A stretch of DNA of 64,000 bases from Mobula hypostoma (lineage: Eukaryota), in assembly GCF_963921235.1 (NCBI RefSeq), contig NC_086109.1, positions 13,022,001 to 13,086,000 on the forward strand, written 5' to 3'. Shown here piece after piece: positions 51,412 through 62,459 of the stretch (the stretch's first letter is position 1; the number at the start of each line of letters is the position of its first letter). The translations under genes and the position numbers were made by a program. The notes beneath the pieces were generated by a model. It searched no databases, had not been told where the DNA came from, and saw only the letters and a list, made by a program, of their open reading frames with translations.

Positions 51412-52541
51412 TCTCTAAATATAACAATCACTTCACACCCAGCCAAGTTGCAAAGGTATTCAATGAAGCAAAGAGTTAATTTGCGTTGATGATGTCGGTT
51501 GATCAGAACATGGAAGAGATCTCTGCTTTACTATGAATAGGATCGTTTCTGACAGGATTGCCTCTGATACTTTTAGTTTTGCAATTGTGAGTCACTCAAT
51601 TCAATGTCACTAATTAGTTGATTTGTGGCAAATATTAGACTTTGCACATATGCTACCTTTTCACCCTACACATTCCTTACAAACCAGAATGTGCCTTTAT
51701 ACAAACAATATCCAGTACCATAATGTAGCATAACCCCAGCCAGGGTTGACAGCATGATTGTCTTATCAGCAGAATAAACCAAAAGGAGCTTTCTACAGTC
51801 TTCAGGCGTTGGAAAATTATACATTCTTATCAGAAGTAATGACCTAATCTGTGATTATCTACCTTATCAATTAAAAATAAAGGTTAACCATTAGCATGTC
51901 AGAGCAACACATACAAGATGCTGGAGGAACTCTGCAGGCTAGGTAGCATCTATGGAAAAGATTAAACAGTTGATGTTTCAGGCCGAGGCCCTTCATGACC
52001 TCAAGCAGTGCTGAAGAAGGATCTCAGCCCAAAACTTTGACTGTTTACTCTTTTCCATGGATGCTGCCTGACCTCCTGAGTTCCTCCAGCATTTTGTGTC
52101 TGTTGCTTTGGATCTCCAGCATCTGCAGATTTTCTTACATATTTCAGAGTGCAGGCTTTCATTTGATTATAGAACAAATTGATTACTTTTGCAAAAATCT
52201 CCATTTATTAACTAAATGTGTTGCCAATTTTAAAAAAGGCAGATAATTCAGATGAAGGGCTTTCATCCTGAAATGTTAACGCTCTTCTTCCTCAGATTCT
52301 GCCTGACCTGCTGAGCATTTCGAGCAATATTTTTTTGCAACATACTTGAAGCATTGTTGCAAAAATGAAAATACTCCAGTCATTTTGCAAATGCAGTGTC
52401 CCTCAGCCAGAACAACTTGCTAATATTTAGAGATGTGGTTTGAGGGATGAAATACTGACCAAGATTCCACCAGAACTCACTGCTCTTCCTAAAAGTAATG
52501 CCTTTGAAGTTTGATTTATGTTTATCTAATAGGGTTTAATG

Positions 52542-52622
52542 CTGGGGTTCCCAACTTGGGCTCCCACGACTCCTTGCTTAATGGTATTGGTCCATAGCAT
52601 AAAAAAAGGTTGGGAACCCACT
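52542..52622. mobile_element. 81-bp hAT-type MITE
   Basis: GGGTTCCCAAC/GTTGGGAACCC TIRs; exact 8-bp TSD GTTTAATG (52534-41, 52623-30). Confidence 0.8.
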
Positions 52623-53069
52623 GTTTAATGTCTCATCTCATAGACAGTCCTTTTGTCTTCAGTGATTGTCCAATGCTGAACAGAACAGCCAAGCTGAATC
52701 ACATGCTGATATTTTAGGGATTGTGCCCGAACACACAATCCTGTACCTCAAAGGCAAGAGTGCTAAACTCAGCCTAATTTGATATTTGACTCAGAACCTG
52801 GGCAGCATATTCACGGAATTCTACAACACGAGACCAGGCCGTTCAGCCCAACATAACTAGTAGCATTTACTTATGCTGGTTATATCATTGGGAGGATTCC
52901 CTTGTTCAGAGTATTCCTTGGGATCTATTATCTTGAACAGAGAAGTAAGTTCAGATTACATTTCAAATCTCAGCCAAAAGTTACTGAATTGGAGCCTCTA
53001 TCCACAAACTTCTGGATATAGACAATAATGTAACCTCTTAATAAGTTACTCTGATAAATAATGGGGTGG

Positions 53070-53450
53070 TGGGGTGGAGCTACATCTCTACCAAAGGAAG
53101 TGTAAGGCGCTCTTTCCCTCCGCTAGCCTGCAGGTCACCCTTGGGCAAGATGTAGCATCTGCCTAGCCCCCCCTCCCCGATCAGGGTCACGTGGTGCCAA
53201 GGGAGCAGGTGGTGGATGGCCATATGAGCAGCTGGTGCACATCACAAGTCCTGGTTATATGACCACTGACGCCAGGCAGACAATCTCTGAAGAGTATTGA
53301 TAATGGCTGGGGTCACCTGTCTTGTAAAGACTCTGCCCAGAAGAAGGCAATGGCAAACCACTTCTATGGAAAATTTTGGAAAGAACAATCATGGTCATGG
53401 AAAGACCATGACTGCCCACGTCATATGCATCGTGTGCACATAATGAACGA
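53070..53450 (+). mobile_element. RTE-related SINE, near-complete copy
   Basis: Same body as 31088; 3' GACCATG..GCCCACGTCAT..ACATAATGAACGAAC tail. Confidence 0.8.
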
Positions 53451-54014
53451 ACAGTATCTCTAGCTCCAGCTGTGGGGAAATGTAATGGACTGAATTGCTC
53501 TAATAGAAGCTGGTAAGGATGATAGAAATGTCCTCTTTCTGTGCTATAACTATTCTGGAATTCTACTATTATGACAGTCTCATCAACCATCCAGAGATTG
53601 ATAGATATATCTCTGTAGAAAGCATTTTCCAGAAGTGTAGGGATACTTAGCTGCAGCTTCACTGGCGACTGATTGAAAATGATAAACTGTACAATAATGT
53701 CTGGACATTACAATGCAATGATTCATATAATATTAGTATTTGTAGGGTGATATTTGATGACACATATGCAGTCAAAACAAGCAAAGTCAGACTGAAGCAA
53801 AATTAGAACAAAGCACCAATATGGAATTCAATCAACGTTATAAAATTCATTTCATTAGAAAAATTCTATTATAAACTTTAGGTAGTTATGTGTATAATTA
53901 AACCTTAAATGCAAATTTAGCAGGCTGTAATTACAGTTGCCTTCATTCTTTCAGTTTCCGACTTCTCCCAACTACCACTTCCTCAGCTCAGCAGGTCTGG
54001 ATCTGGATGGGATT

Positions 54015-55570
54015 TAATGGATCACATTAAATCCCATCTTCTTCCTACATTGGACCCTTTCCAGTTCGCTTATCACTCAAATCAGTCCACTGATGATGCC
54101 ATAGCCTCTGCACTTCTCTCCATCCTGTCTCATTTGGAAAATGGTGCCTCGTACATCAGGATGCTGTTTGGTGACTTCAGCTCAGCATTTAGTACAATCA
54201 TGCCTCAGAATCTGGTGGGTAAACTGTCCTCGTTGGGTCTCAACACCTTTCTCTGTAACTGGATATTGGACTTCCTGACAGAAAGATCACAGCCAGTCCG
54301 TGTTGGAAGCAACACCTCTAGCTCCATCACCAGCACCTCACAGGGCTGCATGCTCAGCCTGATGCTGATGCATGACTGTACTGCTAGATCCAGTTCCAGT
54401 TCAAACCGAATCATCAAGTTCACCGACGACACAACAGTGGTTGGCCTCATCAACGACGACAATGAGACGGTATAGAGAGGAGGTAGAGCAGCTGATAGAA
54501 TGATGCAAGCACAACTTCTGGTGGCTGCTCATCATACAATGATGCAAGCACACCGAGGAGGACGTTAGAAGGGCCTTCCTGAGGATAAATCCAAGGAAGG
54601 CGACAGGCCCAGATAGCGTCCCAGGACGGGTTCTCCGGGCCTGTGCAAGCGAGCTAGCTGGAGTGTTTGCTGACATCTTCAACTGCTCCTTGCTTCAGTC
54701 TAAAATCCCCTTGTGTTTTAAGGAGGCAACGATAATCCCAGTGCCGAAGAAGAGTAAGGTGGCATGCCTGAATGACTATCGACCTGTGGCTCTGACATCA
54801 ATTGTTATGAAGTGCTTCGAGAGATTGGTTATGGCACACATCAACCACAGCCTACCAGTCAACCTCGACGCTTTGCAATTTGCCTACCAGAGCAACAGAT
54901 CAACGGCAGATGCCATCTCTCTGGCCCTACATTCTTCCTTAGAACACCTGGAGAATGAAGACGCATACGTAAGGCTCCTTTTCATTGACTACCGCTCTGC
55001 CTTTAATACCATCATTCCAAATAAACTCATTCCTGAGCTCCGGAACCTGGGCCTTAGCACTCAGATCTGCAGCTGGATCTTCAACTTCCTCACAGACAGG
55101 ACCCAGGCTGTAAAAATACGGGACAAGCTCTCCTCTACAATCACTCTGAGCACCAGTGCCCCACAAGGCTGTGTACTCAGCCCCCTGCTATACTCACTGT
55201 ACACCCATGATTGTGTAGCCAAGTTTCCATCAAGCTCCACATATAAGTTTGCTGATGACACAACAATTGTAGGCCGTATCTCGGGAAATGATGAGTTTGA
55301 ATACAGAGAGGAAATTAGGAACTTGGTGGCATGGTGCGAAGACAATAACCTATCCCTCAACGTCAGCAAGACGAAGGAATTGGTTGTTGACTTCAGAAGG
55401 AGTAGCGGACCGCACGACCCCATTTACATCAGTGGTGCGCAAGTGGAACAGGTCAAAAGCTTTAAGTTCCTCCGGGTCAATATCACAAATGACCTGACTT
55501 GGTCCAACCAAGCAGAGTTCACTGCCAAGAAGGTCCACCAGCGCCCTTACTTCCTGAGAAAACTAAGGGG
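54015..55570 (+). mobile_element. Two abutting Rex1/Babar RT fragments
   Basis: ORF 54017-54475 (QFAY, DFSSAF, KFTDDT) and ORF 54663-55640 ([34 protein letters not shown]). Confidence 0.9.
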
Positions 55571-56469
55571 TGTCTATTCGTGGGTCTTCAGGTGGCTGGA
55601 GAGGCTGATCTGGATCCACATAATCCGGATGTTAGGGTGAATTCCTTTAAAGGAGAATGCCTGTAAGTGATTTTGTTTAACGTGGTGAGTCTGATGCACA
55701 GGCAGCCACTACACAGACTTTGACAGATAGTGGTCAGGGTCCAGTGACTTGGTGCAAGATGACTACGGACACTTCACTGCTGCCGCCTTCCTCCGCCTTT
55801 ACTGTTGTCGTAATGTGTCCTTGTCTTCCGCCAGCTCCACCACAGAGGTCCTGCTTGGATCGCTGTTTGTCTGGAACCTCCCCCTTGACCTTTCTGCCAT
55901 GAGTGCCTCTACCGGGAACTAAGCGCTAGACAACATCGCTCTCCAAACATCAGCAGCTCGCCAGCCTCTCAGCCATGACAGGGTGACAATTCCCAGAGGT
56001 CATGCTTTCTACATGACAAAGTAGACAACAGCTTGGATGTTTATTCAATTAGCTATAGAGGATTTTGAGATGTTCCACAATAATGAAATGTTTGTTATTC
56101 CTGTTTACTCTTTCTTTCATAATTCAAACTGCTATGATGTGCTTACAAAGTAGAGCATTAACAGTACTGGATTGTGGTTTTGTTTAAACATTTACTGTAT
56201 GTTTCTCTGAACTTCCTAAAAAATTGCTGAAGTGTAACCAAACAGAGAAGTTGAAATAAGAACCCATTCTGCATAATGTATGGTTTTAGTTTGTTCCCAA
56301 GTGAAACTGAATCATTTAGACCAGAGGGACCCAGAGTTCTACTCCTGCCTCCGGGTACACTGAATAATTTCATCTTGGCTGCATTCTCAGTAAATTGGAC
56401 AGGGTAAAGCATTAAATGCTACTCATTATCGGTTCCAGTCACTGATGCTAGAAAAGCGTATAGGTATTC

Positions 56470-56845
56470 ATCGTTATTAAGTGCCATGCCATACGACATG
56501 GGCGATCATGGTCTTCTATTTGTCAAGACCATGTCTTTTCTTGGCAATCTTTCTACAGAAGTGGTTTGCCATTGCCTTCTTCTGTCTTTACAAGATGGGT
56601 GACTGACCCCAGCAATTATCAAACACTTCAGAGATTGTCTGCCTGACTTCAATGGTCACATAACCAGGACTTGTAAAGTGCACCAGCTGCTCATACGACC
56701 ATCCACCACCTTTCATGGCTTCACGAGTCTGATCAGGGGGTTAATCAGGTGCTACCCCTTACCCAAAGGTGACCCTGCAGGCTAGCGGAGTGAGGAATGC
56801 CTTACACCTCCTTTGGTAGAGTCGTATCCCTACCCCCGCCACCCC
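56470..56845 (-). mobile_element. RTE-related SINE
   Basis: Reverse complement of the 53070 family. Confidence 0.78.
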
Positions 56846-57549
56846 ATGTATAGGTACTTTTAGGTTTATTCTGCAGGTAACATTGACATCTGAAGTTCAA
56901 ATAGAGAGGAAGGCCCCTAAGGTTGCAGAGGGGTTAACCAGCAATAGTAGAATGACACTGCAACAAAACTCAATGCTTTGAGACAAGATTAGGGATAAAA
57001 TTAGAAAATGACTTCATTCTTTATGATCCAGAACAGAACTTGCAAAGTTCAATCTAATCTCAAGGCTGCAGGCTTAGGAGGTGCACATGACCCGTTTGGC
57101 AATTTAATGAAATAACTTTATTACTACTTGTCATGAAACCTCAGTGGTAAACCGCTTCCTCCAATCCCCTTCTCTGCTGCTGCATTTTGAAGCTTAATGC
57201 CAAGGTTGGCTCTGTCTCAACTTTCTCTCTGTCCCAGGCTCCAAAATGATATTTACTCGTGACTTCCCCTGGCTTGGTAATGTTCCATAAGTTCCAACTC
57301 CAGTCCTGGGGATCTTACAGATTTGTCTAAGGGGTTTCTGGTACTTTATGGAGCTCCGGGAAATTCTGGCTCATAGTAGGCCAAGGGTCATAACCCACCC
57401 TGTGTGTTCACTTAATGTTCCAGTTGCCTACGCAACTTGCTAGAGGCCACATCAAGAAAGATCTCATGGAGATCTAACTGCTAAATCTGTCAGATTTAGC
57501 TCCTCAGACCTCACTCAACAACCAATCTGACATTATAGTTATGACCATT

Positions 57550-57668
57550 ACAGTCATGATGAAGGGTCTTGGCTGAAATATCGATTTTTGATTCCTTTCC
57601 ATAGATGCTGCCTGATCTGCTGAGTTCCTGCAGCATTTTGTGCGTGTTACTCCAGAATCTGCAGAATT
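57550..57668 (+). mobile_element. Older short Penelope hammerhead/pLTR insertion
   Basis: CAGTCATGATGAAGGGTCTTGGCTGAAATATCGA; TSD TGACCATT (57542-49, 57669-76). Confidence 0.75.
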
Positions 57669-60229
57669 TGACCATTGTCTCAACTGTGGTACTCCTAGGT
57701 GTCTGAGAGAGACATCTCTCACATGCACATTTAAGAGAGAGGAAAAATAAAACTGAAGTGAATAACCAGCTTCCAAATGATCACTAACCCCCCCCCCCCC
57801 GCCAGACCCCTGATATCACTACCAATGCAAATACTGTGCCCCGACCACTGACCTTGTCTCTGGATAAGATTTTTTTAAGATTAGCTTTATTTGTCACATG
57901 TACATTTAAAAATATAGTGAAATGTGTCATTTCATCAAATGAAATCAATGGATTGATTGTCTTGGGCAGCGCACAAGTGTTGCCTGCAACTCCCTAACCC
58001 TATCTGTACACCTTTGGAATGTGGAAGGAAATTGTATTGCTCGGAGGAAACCCGTGCAGGTATAGTGAGAATGTACAAACTCCTTGCAGACAGTGGCGGG
58101 TTTTGAACCCTGATCTTACAGCCAGTACTATGAAGTTTTGTGCTAACCGCCACACTACCATGCCACCCCTGACTCTTCATTTGCTGATCCTGACCTCTGA
58201 CCCTCTCATCCCTGTCCCTAAACCCTAACTTGACCCCTAACTCCCCATGCTGTGCCCAAAATCCAGGCAAGTGGAAAACATTTCTTTACATTCTTGAGAT
58301 GGGTCTTGTAAACAGTGGAAAGGCCTTCGGAGGTGACTGACTCTTTGCTGGCTCCCCAGCATCTGCCCTGTTCCTATAATCACGTTCAACTTGGGTTTCT
58401 GGTGAATTGGGTTGCTTTTGAGTTAGGCATTACTCTTGCTGGACATGATCACTGCCTGGCAGACTTCAGGCATGACAGTTACTTGACATTTGTCCTGAAT
58501 CTTGTCTGAGTTTTCCTGCAAGTAAACGTGGATTCCATTTGCTGAAATAAATAGGATTGAACATTGTCTAATCATCACCAATTATTTCAACATCTTTCTG
58601 TACGTTGGGATAAAGGTCATTGCTGAAGCTGTTGGTGACCGTTGGCCTGGAGCACTGCCCGAGGACCTCTAGAAATGATATCCCCAGCAGTGCACACAAA
58701 ATGTTGATGGAACTCAACAAGTCAGGCAACACCTATGGAGGGGAATGAACAGTCGACGCTTTGGACAGAGACCCTTCATCAGGACTGGAGAGGAAGAGGG
58801 AAGAAGCCACAGTAAGGAGGTGAAAGTATTACATGCCAGCAGGTGAAAGGTAAGTACTTGCCGGAAGAGTCAGGGAGCAGCAGAGTTCACAGAGGGGAAG
58901 CCATGGGAGAGGGTATCGCTAAACTCCTGTCAATCAGAATCAGGTTCAATACACCGGGATATGTCCTGAAATTTGTTGTCATGGGTTCAACGTCCATTCA
59001 GAAATCAGAAGGCAGAGGGGAAGAAGTTGTTCCTAAATCATTGAGTACATGCATTCAGTCTTCTTTACTGCCTCCTGATGGTAGCAGTGATAAGAGGGCA
59101 TGACCTGAGTGATGGGGGTCCTTAACGATGGATGCCGCCTTTTTGAGGCATCACTCCTTGAAGATGTCCTAGATACTATGGAAGCTAGTGATCATGATGG
59201 AGCAGACTAAGTTGACAATTCTCCGCAGTTTACTTCATTCCTGTGCAGTAGCCCCCCCCCCCCCCACCCAACACCCATACCAACCAGTTAGAATGCTCTC
59301 CACGGTACATCTGTAGAAATTTTGAGTGTTTTTGGTGGCATATCAAATCTTCTCAAACTCTTAAAGAAATATAGCTGCTGTCAAGACTTCTTTGTAGCTA
59401 CATCGATATGTTGAGTCCACGTTAGATCCTCGGAAATATTGACAGCCAGGAATTTGAATTCTAATCCCTCAATAAGGACTGGTCCCCTCATCTTACCCTT
59501 TCTGAAGTCCACAGTCAGTTCTTTGGTTGTATTGATGCTGACTAAGACCAAATGAGAAGATTTAAACCGCTTCAGGGTAGGTATACCTCAAATAATTGAT
59601 AACTTAGGGCCAAGCATTTTACACATTTATTTGCTGCCTCGTTCACATGTAAGATCAAACTTCACTGAGATTGTAATTGTGGACTAGGCAGGATCTCAGC
59701 AACTAAACAAGCAATTTCTACTGGGTCATCTTGGATGAAGACGAACAATATAAAATGCATCATACCAAAGGGAATAACTTCACTTCACTATTGAAATGTT
59801 CCCACAACCTCACTTTCAAGGACTCTTCATCTCATGTTCTTGTACTTTTTGTACTATTATTATTTTTTTTCTTTTTGTATTTGCACAGTTTGTTGTCTTT
59901 TGTACACTGGTTAAATGCCCAAGTTGGTGCACCTTTCATTGATTCTATTATAGATTTATTGAGTATGCCTGCAAGAAAATAAATCTCGGGGTTGTATATG
60001 GTGATATATATGTACTTCGATAATAAATTTACTTTGAACTTTAAAAAAACTTTGCTTTTTATACCACTTTTTTGCTTTGTTATTGTGGGCTACTGCTGAA
60101 AAAATTGCAAAATCTGGAACACTACCTCACTATTTTCATCTCCATTTATTTATTCTTATTGTAGTTTATAGTCATTTCTATGTATTGCCCTCTACTGCTG
60201 CCACAAACAACAAGTTTCATGACATATAT

Positions 60230-60555
60230 AAGACCATAGGACAAAGGAGAAGTCGGCCATTCGGCCCATCAAGTCTGCTCCACCATTTTATCATGAGCTG
60301 ATCCATTCTCCCATTTAGTCCCACTCCCTCGCCTTCTCACCATAACCTTTGACGCCCTGGCTACTCAGATACCTATCAATCTCTGCCTTAAATACACCCA
60401 AAGACTTGGCCTCCACTGCCGCCCGTGGCAACAAATTCCATAGATTCATCACCCTCTGGCTAAAAAAATTTCTTCGCATCTCTGTTCTGAATGGGCGCCC
60501 TTCAATCCTTAAGTCATGCCCTCACATACCAGACTCCCCCATCATGGGAAACAGC
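60230..60555 (-). mobile_element. CR1 3' end fragment
   Basis: Reverse complement of the CR1 C-terminus (FSQRVMNLWN) and 3' UTR. Confidence 0.8.
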
Positions 60556-61027
60556 TTATAATAAACCTGATTCTGATGCAAAGTAAGTCAATTAACCTGA
60601 GATGGTTAATACTGGACCAATAACTCACAGGCAAAATGGATGAGAATTATTGCAACTAGGATTGCCATTAGTCCTGGATTTAAATGAGAAATTGTTTGCC
60701 CCATGTGTAACAATAGGAAAAGAGAAGGAAAATAACAGGCAGTGTGGAGGTAATGAAAGGATGGAGGCAGGGGAGAGTGGGTGAAAGGAGAATGGAGGGA
60801 GAAAGATGAAAGAAGGGTTAGTTGAAGGCGCACCATTTTGCACTCGTCATTGTGTTTATTAGTATGTTTGTACTCTTTGCTGTGGACTTACTGGAGCAAG
60901 GAATTTCATTACATTCTGGTATACACGGCAATAAACTAAAAAAAAGAAATCACGCAGAGGAACGGCAGAGGAGACACTAGAGACCGAGACCGAAGGTGCT
61001 GGAATCTAGATCAACAAATAATCTGAA

Positions 61028-61046
61028 GGAAGAATTCAGCAGGTCG

Positions 61047-61081
<35 letters not shown>

Positions 61082-61098
61082 TGTCTGTCTGTCTGTCT
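61028..61098. repeat. (TG)n(TCTG)n compound microsatellite
   Basis: Direct reading. Confidence 0.95.
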
Positions 61099-61473
61099 GG
61101 ACATTTCAGAGGAATGGGCAGGGCTGGCAAAAATAAACTACTGTACAGAGCTAACACAAGGGACTGCAGATGCTGGAATATGAGTCCTGACGCAGGGTCT
61201 CGATCTAACACGTCGACAGTTGTTTTCCTCCAAAGATGTTGACTGACCTGCTAACTTCCTCCAGCAGATTGTTGCAAACGGTGAAAAACTGAACACTAAA
61301 TACAACTGCATACTATCTCCTCTGTCTTTCAGTCCAGCTAAAGGGTACCAACATTAAATGTTGACTTCTGTCTTCCCCCACCAGATGCTGCCTGACCCGT
61401 TGAGCTCCTCCAGCGCCTTCAGCTCGCCCCAGAAAATTTTCAACATCGGCAGCCGCTTGTGCCTTCACACAGA

Positions 61474-61493
61474 ACTACACCTCCCACAGTGCA
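61474..61493 (+). promoter_or_regulatory. ZNF143/THAP11-type (SBS) promoter motif
   Basis: ACTACA-CC-TCCCA-CAGTGCA matches ACTACAnnTCCCA..TGCA, at the edge of the CpG island. Confidence 0.7.
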
Positions 61494-62160
61494 GAGCGCA
61501 GATTCCGCTGCGCGACCGGACGTGAAGTCAGAAAAGGGCAGGGTTTCCGTTTTCAAACGCTAACTGTCAGGGCTCGTGGCGAGCGGTCGGGTTTAAACCG
61601 CCAACGGTTCAGGCGCTGGAGCCCGGGTGCGGGCAGGGAGCTACTCGGCGGCCGAACTTCCCAGCCAGTCGCTCGGCTCTAACACAGGATTTGTCATTTC
61701 CGTGAGGGAAGTCGCGCCTTCGCCCCGCGATCCGGTGGCCGGGGGCAGCGGCTGAAGGAAGGAAGCCCCGGGTCCGGCGGAAAGCCGCCAGCAGCCTCTT
61801 CTTCCGTGCCCGATCCGCAGCCTTTTCAACTCACCCTGCCCCCCTCGGGGAGAGGGGGCTGCCGGTTGCCGCCATGGGCTGCACCATGAGCGCCGAGGAC
61901 AAGGCGGCGATGGCCAGGAGCAAGATGATCGACCGCAACCTGCGCGAAGACGGAGAGAAGTCATCCCGGGAGGTCAAGCTGCTGCTGCTCGGTAAACACT
62001 TGCCGCCGGGAAGCGGTTGCATCGGGTAGGGGAAGTCGGGGATACCGTCCTGTGCAGGGGTGGGAGAGAGTTGCACTGGGATTGCGCCTGTCCCGTCCTC
62101 TGAGGCTTGTCTTCCTGTGCTGCAGGGGGCGCTGTAGGTGGAGGGTGGCTTCCCGGTCGT
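61490..62160. promoter_or_regulatory. CpG island / promoter and 5' UTR of the G-alpha-i gene
   Basis: Abrupt GC- and CpG-rich segment in otherwise CpG-depleted DNA, surrounding coding exon 1. Confidence 0.88.
61874..61991 (+). CDS. GNAI: Guanine nucleotide-binding protein G(i) alpha subunit, coding exon 1 (paralogue not resolved; i1/i3-like)
   Basis: Kozak GCCGCCATGG; 118 nt encoding [39 protein letters not shown](G), then donor G|GTAAAC. Length and phase match vertebrate GNAI exon 1; myristoylation G2 and palmitoylation C3 are retained. Confidence 0.96.
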
Positions 62161-62459
62161 GGGAAATTAATTTTACAAAATCCAAGTTTTTTTTAATTGA
62201 TCGGGAAAAAGCCTTGAAACACAGATTGAGGCACCACTCGGAACAGATCCTTTGGCTCAGCTCGTCCATACTGACCATATGTCTTATCAAAGTTAATCTC
62301 ATTAGGCCAATACCTTTCTATATCTTTCCTATCCATATATACATATTCAAATGCCTCTTTAGCATTGCATATGTGGCCACCTGTACCACTGCTTGTTCTA
62401 TATCTCCACCATGCTGTATGGAAAAACTTGTCCTTAAATCTTTCCTTTTATCTTAAACA

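Noticed and set aside
61641..62456. Several ORFs around the CpG island
   Set aside because: Antisense or GC-rich shadows of GNAI exon 1 and intron 1; no recognisable protein.
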